From Takakia lepidozioides (Eukaryota; Plantae; Bryophyta), in NCBI GenBank assembly GCA_030704615.1, contig CM060732.1:4650001-4714000 (forward strand): 64,000 nucleotides of DNA, read 5' to 3'. Position 1 is the stretch's first letter, and the number at the start of each line of letters is the position of its first letter. The position numbers and the translations under genes were made by a program. The notes beneath the pieces were generated by a model, which did no database searches, was not told the DNA's origin, and worked only from the letters and a program-made list of their open reading frames with translations. This document shows positions 1 to 12,280 of this stretch, in pieces.

Positions 1-1290
1 GTGCGGAATCACATCATATCTTGCAAGCAGGAGTTCGGCCGGGGGTCGGACATGCACTCAATCTTGGAGGTGAAACGAAGGATTGGATATGACTACATCC
101 AAGGTAGCAGGGTTCCAGGGCAAGGCAGAGAATCTGATCGTTGTCACATTTTTAAAATGTCAACGTGTGGGCCTAGGAGTGGAGTTGACTTGGTCACTCG
201 AATGACAACTGGAAACTTGTCAAATGCTTGGGTGATGTTTGACCACATCAAGCGAATTACAAACCATCAGTGGGTGACCATGGGTGCGCATGTTTATGAC
301 TATCACTCCAAGATGTTCATGACGATTCCAATCTGCGAGATGAAAGGGGAGGACACACAGTCGGAGATACATCTGTGGGAGGGCATAAGCAGGTGGCAAG
401 GGCGGGTTTGCCAAAGCCCAATTTCAGGGGAGTCATGGCAGACAATGCTCAGGCCAACTGGGCAGCAGTGCGTCGTGTGTATGGTGAGGACCCCCAATGG
501 AGGGGAAAGAGAGATCCTGTGGATTCCATTGGATGCAGAGTCTATCTCACTACACTATCAAATTTGTTGCTAGCTCATTCCAAGCTGAACACCGTGTCCT
601 TTGTACGGTGTGGAAGGATGCACCCACATTTGATGACGCGGAGGTTAAGTTTGCTATCATCGAGGCTTGGTGGAACACGTCAGGTGCAGTGGAGACAACC
701 AATCTAGGAGCCTTGCACAGCTGGTTGGGGTGGTGGCATTTCCAGTATGGACAGTTCGGACAGTACATGCGGGAGGTATGATTCCAAACTTTTGCTGCAA
801 TTGTCGTTCTATTACGGACCTTTCCATTTTTCCCTCACCATTGTTTCTGTCCTTGTAGGAGCGGTGCCTGGATTTTGACACGGACATGCCGAACACGAAT
901 ATGGCAAAATCAGTTCACTCCTCCTGGCGAGCGTCTTATGCCGTACATCTGGTGGACGTAATGACGGCCACAACGGAGGACATCGACAGAGCAATCATGC
1001 AGCAAGCCAGGTACTACAAGTCCCTGAGCGGGAAACAATGGGGCTTTGGGCTGGATAGGGAGGAATTGTTGGTACGAACAGCTTCAAGGTCGAAGAATCC
1101 ACCGAAATGGGCGACAACATTGCGAGAGAAGATCAAAGGGACGCCTCTGCACCGCATAGGTGAACACCTAGAGGGGGACGTCTGTACTTGCCCTGTGAGG
1201 CGGAGGATTGAAGAGGAACCCGGGTGCGAAGAGGATTCCTGGAGATCCGACAAGAACATTCGGACAGCACCTCGAGGTCCCGTCACTAGA
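1..1290 (+). pseudogene. MULE-type DDE transposase fragment (copy A), frameshifted and truncated
   Basis: ORFs 1-573, 375-707, 497-781 and 886-1356 reproduce WVMFDHIKR, MADNAQANW, CGFH and NTNMAKSVH of the gene at 8205-11728; GT-AG intron 776-858 at the same position; nearly identical to 26407-28200 and 47802-49426. Confidence 0.85.
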
Positions 1291-1759
1291 AGCATTCGTG
1301 TCTTTTCCGAATCGACTGGGTGTCCGCCAACCACTCCGGAAACCACTTGGCAGTAAGCGGGACTACTGGAGAGTTGAAACGGACAATGTGGGCCCACGGG
1401 GGCATTTCAGACGGCGGGCAGAAGTGGGGTCAACGACTCCGGAGTCGTAGCAAAAATCCAGGCTATTTAATTAATTACGTAAATACATAAAATTTGAAAA
1501 AACGGAACTTACAAGTGGTTCTAATTACTGCACATGCGACTAGAAATTAGGGTTCATAATTCGATTAATGGAATAAAGATATTTCTTCATTAAAGTGAAT
1601 ATGTAGTCGACTCAACGACTCCATGAACCACTGCGCATTGATTGCACCCGTGATTAGGGGCCACATTTGCTGACGTGTGTTTCACAAGAACAGGCAAACA
1701 AAATCTGGCCTTGGGGGCTTGCATATTTAAATATGTACTGCCTCCACTTGGAAGTGACA

Positions 1760-4430
1760 TGGAAGATCCATGGTGACATCGTGAAAGCTGGAATTGTAGG
1801 GTTTGTCATTCTGAACACCGCCCTGGTGGACATGTATGCCGAATGGGGGAGCATTGAAGATGCGAAGGTAGTGTTCGATTGTGGCTCAACGAGATGTGGT
1901 GTCGTGGAGTGCGATGATCCCATTAGCAGCAAGGCAAGGATGTATGCATGATTTGTGCAGAGGTAGTGATAGCTGAAGGAGTAGGATAGAGTGTGGGTCC
2001 ATATTCATCCAAGAGGGTCGGATTTCAAGCTCCAGATTACATATGGATCCCTGTGGAAGGATAGCTACAAGAAACCTCCATGGGTAGGTGGTTAGCTGGA
2101 AGCGGCAGCTGTAGCGGCACAGTTGATAAAATCAGGCACCTCAACCATGACCACAGCTTCTGGAAGAGGATCAAGCGAGGGAGTCCACAATGCCTCTTCT
2201 GGCACTTACGGGCATGTGAAGATGTTTTATGAGGTAGGCAGACTGAAAGAGGCTCTACAAACTTTGAACCAAAGAGGCATTTCAGCAGATGTAGATACGT
2301 ATGTGTATCTCTTGCATAAGTGCATCAAGATGAAAGGCCTAGAAGTTGGAAAGCAGGTGCACACTCACATTGTCCAAAGTTGATTCACGCCGAACGTTTT
2401 TCTACTCAACAACCTTGTCAACATGTATGTTAAGGGGAGCATCATGGATGATCACCAAGTGTCAACACAGAATGCCTCAACGATCTTTGATCACGTGGAA
2501 TATAACGTTGGCAGGATTATCAAGCATGGGCGAAGGGGTGAAGCTTTGGAGACCTGTGAGCAAATGATGCGCGAAGGGGTGAAGCCCAACCACATCGCAT
2601 TTTTATGTGTTTGCACTGCGTGTGCAAGCCTGGAAAAGGGGAACGAGGTCCATGGTGACATCGGTCAAAGCTGGAATTGCACCAGATGTCATTCTAAACA
2701 TTGCCCTGACCTGGACATGTATGCCAAATGTGGATGCATTGAGGATGCAAAGGGAGTTTTCGACACTATGGCTAAACGAGATGTGGTGTTGTGGAGCGCG
2801 ATGCTTGCAGGGTATGCACAACAGGGACGTGGGATGGATGCTTTGGAGACCTATGATCAAATGATGGGGGAGGGGGTGAAGCCCGGCCACTTTGATGCTT
2901 GTGCAAGCCTGGCAGCCCTGGACAAGGGCAAAGAGGTGCATGGGGATATCATCAAAGCTGGAATTGTACCAAATGTCATTCTGAACACTGCCCTGGCAGC
3001 TTTGGAAAAGGGGAAAGAGGTCCATGGCGACATCTTCAGAGCTGGAATTGTACCAAATGTCATTCTGAACCATACCCTGGTGGACATGTATGCAAAATGT
3101 GGGCGCATCGAGCCTGGACAAGGGCAAAGAGGTGCATAGGGTATCATCAAAGTTGGAATTGTACCAAATGTCATTATGAACACTGCCCTGGCAGCTCTGG
3201 AAAAGGGGAAAGAGGTCCATGGCGACATCTTCAGAGCTGGAATTGTACCAAATGTCATTCTGAACCATATCCTGGTGGACATGTATGCAAAATGTGGGTG
3301 CATTGAGCCCTGGACAAGGGCAAAGAGGTGCATGGGGTATCATCAAAGCTGGAATTGTACCAATGTCATTATGAACACTGCCCTAGCAGGTCTGGAAAAG
3401 GGGAAAGAGGTCCATGGTGACATCTTCAGAGCTGGAATTGTAGCAAATGTCATTCTGAACCATACCCTGGTGGACATGTATGCAAAATGTGGGTGCATCT
3501 AGGATGCAAAGGGAGTGTTCGACACTATGGCTGAATGAGATGTGGTGTCGTGGAGTGCGATGCTTGCAGGGTATGCATGGCAGGGACGTGGGATGGAGGC
3601 TTTGGAGACCTACGAGCAAAGGATGGGGGAAGCACATCATGTTTGTGTGCATTTGCAATGCTTGTGCAAGCCTGGCAGCCCTGGAGAAGGGGAAGAGGTG
3701 CATGGGGATATCATCAAAGCTGGAATTGTGCCAAATGTCAATCTGAACACTGCCCTGGCATCTTTGGAAAAGGGGAAAGAGGTCCATGGTGTCATCTTCA
3801 GAGCTGGAATTGTATCAGATGTCATTCTGAACAATACCCTGGATGCAAAATGTGGGTGCATCTAGGATGCAAAGGGAGTGTTTGACACTATGGCTGAATG
3901 AGATGTGGTGTCGTGGAGTGCGATGCTTGTAGGGTATGCACGGCAGGGACATGGGATGGAGGCTTTGGAGACCTATGAGCAAATGATGGGGGAAGCACAT
4001 CATGTTTGTGTGCATTTGCAATGTGCGTGCAAGCCTGGCAGCCTTGGAGAAGGGCAAGAGGTGCATAGGGATATCATCAAAGCTGGAATTGTGCCAAATG
4101 TCAATCTGAACACTGCCCTAGCAGCTTTGGAAATGGGGAAAGAGGTGCATGGCGACATCTTCAGAGTGGAATTGTACCAGATGACATTCTGAACAATACC
4201 CTGGTGGACATGTTTGCAAAATGTGGGTGCATCTAGGATGCAAAGGGAGTGTTCGACACTATGGCTGAATGAGATGTGGTGTCGTGGAGTGCGATGCTTG
4301 CAGGGTATGCACAGCAGGGATGTGGAATGGAGGCTTTGGAGAGCTATGAGCAAATGATGGGGGAAGCACATCATGTTTGTGTGCATTTGCAATGCTTGTG
4401 CAAGACTAGAAGCCGGCCTGGAGAAGGGCA
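1760..4430 (+). pseudogene. PLS-class pentatricopeptide repeat (PPR) pseudogene with internal tandem duplications
   Basis: Repeated NTALVDMYAKCG.IEDAK.VFD.M..RDVVSWSAMLAGYAQQG and ACASLAALEKGKEVH motifs with many stops and frameshifts. Confidence 0.9.
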
Positions 4431-5217
4431 CCGTATGGGTAATTGCGGGGGCTGCTCTTGTCCGCGATGGTGTAACCGATGTGTTACTGCCTCTTTGTGG
4501 TGTCTTGGAGGGATCCACCGTCTCTGTGCGTCCCTCGCTTACATTGGCATCTGTCATTTGGGCACCCCTGGCCTCTTCAGTGGGCTTTTCTCTTTCCTCC
4601 TGGCTAGCCTTCTGTCTCGCTTGTTCTTTTGCCCTCTCTTTTGCCCTCTCAGGGGCTTTTTGTTTCTTACTAGGGCTAGCAGCAGGGGAGCCCTCCAAGA
4701 CGACCACCTTTGATTGAGGAGAAGGAAGACCCTCGCGCGCACTACTCACTCCCCCCTCCGCAGCCCGTGACGGCTCTCTCGCCGGGGATTGCATGTGCTT
4801 AGCTTTCTTCTTCTTATTTGCGTGGGCGGGCCCTACTGCATGTGCATCAACAACCTCCATTTCCGGATCTGCTATCCTCACGTCCTCACGCCCTTCACCT
4901 GCCATGCTACCTGCACCAACCTCCCCAATGCCTATTCTGTCGTACCCTCGCTGCAGGTCCTCCCGTCCACCAACAAAAGGTTGAAGTTTTCCCTCTCGCC
5001 CCAAGTTGGGCGATTCAAACATGCGATGAGTTGGAGCGGTCGATGATACCACCAGCGTGCCGGGCTCGTCATCACTCTGTCATTCCCAAAATCGTCAGAA
5101 CCAACATCGGTGCCAAAACCAGCATCGCAACGAGCAGCGCAACCACCATAGCAACAATCGTGGAACAACAATGAAAACAAATCCAACCAATGCCTAAGAA
5201 TGACATGCACAAGCAGC

Positions 5218-5400
5218 CTTCTCCAGAGCTGCCGGCTTTGCACACGCATTGCAAACTATCTAAGGTTCACTCAACCGGTAATATGAAACACGATGAACAA
5301 ATGATCAGGAATTCCATAAGACGGGAAAACAGGGTGAAATGTTTTGAAGGCACTTCATCTTCTCAGCTCAGCATGGATTTCCTCAATTTTTAACCACTCA
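5218..5400 (-). pseudogene. Small inverted PPR-derived fragments
   Basis: Minus strand reads VCNACAKPAALEK (5218-5258) and KIEEIHAELRR (E+ domain-like). Confidence 0.4.
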
Positions 5401-5967
5401 GACCTTGATCATTCTTCGCAACAGCTGCTGCTTTTGCGAGGCAGCCATACGCTTCTAGCGATGCCAGGATGAAGATGCAAAAACAAAGCGAAACAACAAA
5501 GCGAAAGCGAACAAAGCGAAAGCAGAAGTGGCTTGCCTGAGAGTACTCGGCTTCAGTTGGCGCGGGTTGTGAGCAAGACACTGGAATCTCCTGCTGGAGC
5601 TTAAGTTTGGCCGAGAGATTGGCTGTCGTCCGTAGTACAAAGCTTTCAACTTCCGCCGCGGTCTGGATGTGAGGTCTCTCTCAGGAGAGCCATGCCCTTC
5701 AGGCGGCATAAGTCCCAGCCAAAATGGAAAAAGATCTCAGTTTTTTGGGGTACATGCCTCGAATAGAAGTTAATCCAAGATTAGCATCAGATTTAGGGTA
5801 CGTATCGAGGAAGCCATGTGTCGCCAGCCCGAATAAAAACGGACGGCGGTGGACATTTAATGCCCAACTACGCAATTAAATGTCCGATAAAGCCCTCCCT
5901 GTCGGATGAAATATGACGCAACTCGGCCCGGAATTTCCAACGTAGAGGTAATTCGAAGCGCAGCAGA

Positions 5968-6941
5968 ATAGAATTCCGGCGCCGGATTTCCATCCTGCAG
6001 GTAATTCGGAGCGCGGATGGATGGAAATCCAGCGCCAGATTTCCATCCGCCAGGTACGGCGGCGCGCAAAATTTCCGTCATGCAGGTAATTCGGAGAGCA
6101 GCAGGATGGAAATTCAGCGCCGAATTTCCATCTTGTCAGGTAGGGCGTTGCGCAAAATTTCCGTCACGCAGGTAATTTGGAGCCGGATGGATGGAAATCC
6201 GGCGCCGGATTTCCATCCTGCCAGGTAGGGCGGCGGCGTGCGAAATTTCCGCCACGCAGGTAATTCGGAGCGGATGGATGGAAATCCGGCGCCAGATTTC
6301 CATCTGCCAGGTTGGTCAGAGAGCGGATGGATGGAAATTCGGCGCCGGATTTCCATCCTGCCAAGGAAGGGCAACGCGCGAAATTTCCGCCACGCAGGTG
6401 ATTCGTAGCCGGATGGATGGAAATCCGGCGCCGGATTTCCATCTTGTCAGGTAGGGCGGCGCGCGAAATTTCCGCCACGCAGGTAATTCGGAGCGGATGG
6501 ATGGAAATCCGGCGCCGGATTTCCATCTGCCAGGTTGGTCGGAGAGCAGATGGATGGAAATTCGGCGCCGGATTTTCATCCGCCAGGTTGGTCGGAGAGC
6601 GGATGGATGGAAATTCGGCGCCGGATTTCCATCCTGCCAGGAAGGGCGGCGCGTGAAATTTCCGCCACGCAGGTAATTCGGAGCCGGATGGATGGAAATC
6701 CGGCACCGGATTTTCATCCTGTCAGGTAGGGCGGCGCGCAAAATTTCCGCCACGCAGGTAATTCGGAGCGGATGGATGGAAATCCGGCGCCGAATTTCCA
6801 TCCGGCAGGTAGGGCGGCGCGCAAAATTTCCGTCATGCAGGTAATTCGGAGCAGATTAGGATGGAAATTCGGCGCCGAATTTCCATCCAGCAGGTAACTC
6901 GGATCGCTGGCGGATGGAAATTCGGCACCGAATTTCCATTC
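5968..6941. repeat. Array of ~14 copies of 30-bp palindrome GGATGGAAAT(C/T)CGGCGCCG(G/A)ATTTCCATCC with two recurring linker types (~53 and ~85 bp periods)
   Basis: Read directly, e.g. perfect copies at 6189-6218 and 6859-6888. Confidence 0.95.
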
Positions 6942-7078
6942 GCTAGGTAAGTCGAAGCGCTGAATTACCTTCCTGCAGGAGCGTGGCCGCTTGGTCTGTT
7001 AGTTTTGTGGCTGAAGTCCACTTTTAGACGCGTTTTTCATGGAATCCTTGACTGCTACAGGGAAATCCGAACGGCCTC

Positions 7079-7836
7079 GGACGGAAATTCGGCGCCGTTT
7101 TTCCATCCTGGGAGGTTTTTATATCGTCCAGTTTTGGGCCTCACCACCCGACCGGACTTCCTTTGAGGGGGCCCGGATGGGAATTCGGCGCCGAATTTCC
7201 ATCCGGGGGATGGTCTCTGTCGGACAGGTGCCGGCCTCTCCGCCCGAGGCGACTTCGTCCGGGCGTCCCCTGTTGGATATTCGGTGCCGAATTTCCATCC
7301 GGGGGTTGAAATGTGACGGCCAGGTGTCGGCCTCTCCCCCCTCCCCGACTGCATCTGAACGGCCCCGGATGGAAATTCGGCGCCGTTTTCCCATCTGGGG
7401 AGGTTTTTATGTCGGCCAATTTTCGGCCTGCCCCCCCGACATGACTTCGTTTGGGGGGCCCGGATGGAAATTCGGCGCCGAATCTCCATCCAGGGGATGC
7501 TCTCTGTCGAACACGCGCCGGCCTCTACGCCGGAGGCGACTTCATCCGGGCTTCCCCTCTTGGATATTCGGTGCCGAATTTCCGTCCGGGGGTTGTAATA
7601 TGAGGGCCAAGTGGCGGCCTTTCCCCCAAGCCGACTGCATCCGAACGGCCTCGGATGGAAATTATGTCGGCCAGTTTTCGGCCTGACCCCCCGACACGAC
7701 TTCCTTTGGGGGGATCCGAATGGAAATTCGGCGCATCCGGGGGTTGTTCTCTGTCGGACAGGTTCCGGCCTCTCTGCCCGAGGCAACTTCATACGTGCGG
7801 CCCCTGCTGGATATTCGGTGCCGAATTTTCATCCGG
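7079..7836. repeat. Second palindrome array, ~96 bp period with ~288 bp higher-order unit
   Basis: Palindrome copies at ~7079, 7175, 7273, 7367, 7462, 7560, 7720 (partial), 7807. Confidence 0.9.
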
Positions 7837-8204
7837 GGGTAGTAATGTGACGGCACGGTGCCGGCTTCTCTCCTTCAGCCGACATCATCCGGACGGCCCC
7901 CCACTTTCTGACTGCATACCGTTGGCAGTTATTGCACAAAGACCAGGGGCCGCATTCCTAAGACAAGGTTCATTAACACTCTGACTGTGGATTTTTGAGA
8001 TAGTTGGCTCCCTGGATTTGGATCAGGCTTCGTCGCTCGGACAAATCGGCACCGCATTCATTCCCATCGCTGCATCCCCCTTCTACCAGGGAGCTTGCCC
8101 GCACGCCATCCTGGGAGTCTTGTGTGCACATCTCCCATGGCGGAAAACCCGAGCGCTACAGTATACTGCCCTCCTCACGAGCATAGAGCTTCATTTCCGT
8201 GCAG

Positions 8205-11200
8205 ATGGGACATTTCTCGGGTGATGGAGAAATATCTGTGCGTTCGATACCACTGAAATCGGGGTCGGTTTTTTTGGAGGAGGAAAGGAAGGACTCAAAC
8301 GGCGTTGTTGTCGAGAGTATTGTTGTGCTCCACGATGATTTCGGCGATGGCAGGGAATGGCGAGTTCCACCATTGGACAGCGTCATATACAGGGCTGTTG
8401 GGGACTTCATTTGCCCGCCAAATGCACCTTCTATCCTGGCGCCTTCCACAAAACAATCCGCGAATCAGAGAGTGGCTACCTCAAAGAGAGAAGTCCGCAA
8501 CGAAGTAAATCCAGAGCCGAACCCATCCATGAAGACGAGCGAGAACCGAGTTGTTCACAATCTGTCCGACTCAGACGAGGTCATGGAAGTTCCGAGGTCG
8601 TCCTGGAGATCAGGCAAGTCCTCAATGGACGTCAGTGGACGAGGGAGTCATATTCCCAGCACGAGCACCGCAGTTCGATCTATTCTTGAAATTCTGCGAG
8701 GGCTTCACATGGAGGGACACCACTCGGAGCTGGCCGGGCTGGACTACAGCAAGTTCGCAATTAAATCGGTTACATGCCTTCCCGCAGACGTCGACGGTAA
8801 TATCTTCTTTGAGTTCCCTCCTCGGACGGACTACTCGAGGGCGTCCGGAATGTTGACAGATATGGATAGAAAACATGATGGTCATCCTTGGTGCGTCACC
8901 AAAACCACCAGCATGAAGATGCTCGATGGTGTGCGGGTGCGCTACGTTGTTTGCGCGGGCGCGTTGCGGTGTTTCTCCCCAACTTGCTTCCATTTTAAAT
9001 CCAGAGGTCACAGGAACGAGACCGATTGGACAGGCACAGCTCATCAACCATTTCGAGCTCAGGAGAAGGTTCCAAACTCCACATTTAAATGTGCGCATTG
9101 CAAAGAACCACCACACTGCATGTCTGTTTGTAATGCCAAGCAGTTGTATGTGTTGCACCGTTTCCCTGACCTCACCCGAGCTTGCATACACGTTGGTTCC
9201 CATTGTCACAAATTGGCGAGGGGGAACTCGCGGGAGGCTGCCCACAAGGCAGAGCAGCTTGTTCAGGAGGAGGTTAAGTTGAGACCGGGTGCCAAACCCA
9301 AACAGATACAGCTCCAAGCCGCCCATAAGATGACATTGGCCAGAATTATGTCGGAAGACGGCTCCGATAGAGTTCCTCTCGATGAGAAGGAAATGGAGGC
9401 ATTGCTGGAGTCGGTGTCCCACGTATGTTCACCGAATGTCCGAAACCACATTGTCTCATGCAAACAGAAAATTGGGCGTGGCTCGGATATGCACTCCATT
9501 CTGGAGGTGAAGCGACGATGTGGATATGACTACATTCATGGAAGTAGGTTTCCAGGACAAGGGACTGAGGCAGATCGTTGTTTCGTATTCAAAATGTCCA
9601 CGTGTGGACCTGGCAGCGGTGTCGAACTGGTCGACAGGATGACGAGTGGGAACTTGTCAAACAGTTGGGTCATGTTCGACCATATCAAGCGAATTACATA
9701 TCACCAGTGGGTGACAATGGGTGCACATGTCTACGACACCCACTGCAGGATGCTAATGACAATTGCTATTTGTGAGATGAAAGGAGAGGACACACAATCG
9801 GAGATGCTTCTTTGGCAGGGAATAAATAAACAGATGGCCAAGGCGGGATTGCCCCCTCCCAATTTCCGTGGTTTCATGGCGGACAACGCACAAGCAAATT
9901 GGGCTGCCATCCGAAGGGTGTACGGGCAAGACCCCAATGTTCCCATGGAAGGCAATGAGAGATCTTGTGGGTTCCATTTTCTGCAGAGCCTTTCGCAGTA
10001 CACAACCAGGCTCGTGGCACCAGATTTCAGAGAGGAGCACCGTTCCATGTGTCTTGCGTGGAAGCGCGCTCCCACCTTGGATGATGCAGAGACTCAGTTT
10101 GCATGTATACGGGCTTGGTGGACATCGTCAGGTGCTGTAAGGAAATCAGACGAGGGAGCAATGGTCAGTTGGCTAGCATGGTGGCATTATCGTTTCCTCC
10201 AGTTCGGCGACTATATGCGGGAGGTGAGTTGCAGGAATTCGCGTCCCGTTGAATATTATTCTTGGCATTATTTGTAACTTGCTTGTAACCTCAACATGTG
10301 CTTGTGCAGGAAATGTGTCTCGACTCCGACACCGACATGCCCACGACAAACATGGCCGAATCAGTGCATTCTTCCTGGCGTGCCTCCTCTGCGGCGCATC
10401 TGGTGGACATCATCACTGCCACAACGGAGGACATTGTGAGGTCAATTATGCAGCAATGCAGGTACAACGAGTTCTTGAAAGGGAAACAGTGGGGCTTGGG
10501 GCCGGACAGGCAGGAAATGCTGATGCGGACTGCCTCCAGATCGAAGAATCCTCGGAAGTGGGCGGCGGCCTTGCGAGAGGGCCTTCGGGACACGCCATTG
10601 CTTCGAAGAGGCCAACATTTGGAAGGAGATGTTCATACCCGTCCAGTGAGACGAAGACTTGACGAGGCACCTGGCGGGGAAGAGGATTCATGGCGAGCTG
10701 ACAAGAATATTCGCACGCTCCCTCGTGGTCCCGTGATGTTGCCCGAGGAGGTCTCGTCGAGCACCGCAAGTCCTGCACGTTCAAGATCGTCATCTCCTTT
10801 GAGCACAGGGCACGTGCCCGAGGAACATAACGAGCCATCTGTAGTAACGCAGTACAATATACCCATTGTGGAGACAAGAGTGTCGGAGTCACAGTGGAGA
10901 ATTGCAAGGACATTGCCGACATTTCAAGGGAAGTGCTGCGCCATTCGGGTGGATACGAGAGCACGCTGTGGTGAGATGATTTGGAGGAACCCACACGGTG
11001 CTGTACCTGCACCTTGTTTCAGCGGCAGATTTTTTACTCCCACATTTGCTCACTTCACAACGCAGACATTTTGCTTCTGTAGGCACGACATAATGACCTG
11101 TGTATTTGGCAAGCCCAAATACGGGATTCAGGGAATGCCGGAGCCTCCAGGCGTCTGGCCTGTTGCACCGGGTTGCAGCCTCTCTTAGAATGAGGCGGAT

Positions 11201-11728
11201 GCTCTATCTGCAGCAGGATTTTGTATGGTGCAACGCACAGACGTCCCGGCCCACGCATTTCCAGTTCCTTAGACCCAGCCATTGCAGACTGCTCGGTCCA
11301 GTAGAGACGGATTGGACAATTCTGCACATCCCACAATGCGATTCGGAAGAGTGAAGAGACGACACCCTCCCAACAAGTTGAATGAGACTCGGATTGCCAA
11401 TGCTCTTGGGATGGCTTGCACTATTCAGAGCTCCGTGGACGTACCTCCACCCGGCCTTGGGCGTGTTTATCGGATGGCAACGGCCGACTCGGCTGTACGC
11501 GACAATGTATACACAATTACGATTGGAGTGGAGCCGACTTGCAATTGTACGGACTTCTCGTTGATGGAAGCAAAGAAGGGTTCAAAGTATTATCCGTGCA
11601 AGCATCTGTATTACATTTACCTGAAGAGGTTGAGGATGAACGTGACTATTGATGACTTTATTCATGCACCGGCGTTGAGCGTGAACGAGCTGCACAAACT
11701 CCTCCTTAGGGATTCCAGAAATCATTGA
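8205..11728 (+). pseudogene. MULE-type DDE transposase (~1145 aa) with GCM/WRKY-like Zn domain and C-terminal SWIM finger; two in-frame TAG stops
   Basis: Exon 8205-10223, phase-0 GT-AG intron 10224-10309, exon 10310-11728. D (VMFDH 9678), D (MADN 9882), CxxH (CGFH 9966-9977), E (TTNMAESVH 10358); SWIM CNCTDF...YPCKHL; stops at 11186 and 11270 align to Gln in the 26407-27411 copy. True start uncertain. Confidence 0.85.
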
Positions 11729-11884
11729 TGGGGCAAAGAGAATCCTCCATATGGATATTTTCAATTGCATTTTCATGTATCAGATTTTTTTTTGCAGTGT
11801 AATGAAATGCACCCCAAAACTCCTGGAATGAGGCAATATTCCATTCAAACTGAGATCCAACAGAAGCAGTTGTGGGGCCATTTC

Positions 11885-12280
11885 TGGAAAAATGGCGCCG
11901 AATTTCTCTATTTTGGGCCGAAAACTGGCTAAGTCCAAACATGCACTGGTACCTTTGTGTCAGGAAAAATGGCGCCAAATTTCCCTATTTTGGGCCGAAA
12001 ACTGGCTAAGTCCAACATGCTCGGGAACGATGTCTGGAAAAATGGCGCCGAATTTCCAGTTACATGGCCCAGAACTGCCCAACATCTGTGCAATCCCCGG
12101 CACCATGTACCGAAATTCGGCGCCACATTTCCAAATTTTGGGCTTATACACCTGTCATGAGGGGACCTATAGCCGCGGAATTCGGCACCATTTTTCGCCA
12201 GAGAGACCTATTACCGCGAAATACGTCGCGATTCTTTCCGGTTACGGACCCTATTACCGCGAAATTCGGCGCCATTTTTG
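11885..12280. repeat. Six degenerate GGCGCC-centred palindrome copies in the 3' subterminal region of copy B
   Basis: GGAAAAATGGCGCCGAATTTC-like units near 11886, 11963, 12036, 12112, 12177, 12261. Confidence 0.8.

Noticed and set aside
5968-7836. CRISPR array
   Set aside because: Spacers are themselves repeated rather than unique, no cas genes are present, and the context is eukaryotic
5857-7984. Many ORFs with MEIRRRISI / GWKSGAGFPS repeats
   Set aside because: Open frames on both strands are by-products of GC-rich palindromic repeats
8205-11728. Kyakuja-Dileera-Zisupton transposase, or host FAR1/ZSWIM gene
   Set aside because: Motifs (D, D, CxxH, TNxxESxH) fit the Mutator pattern, and multiple copies with shared termini indicate a TE
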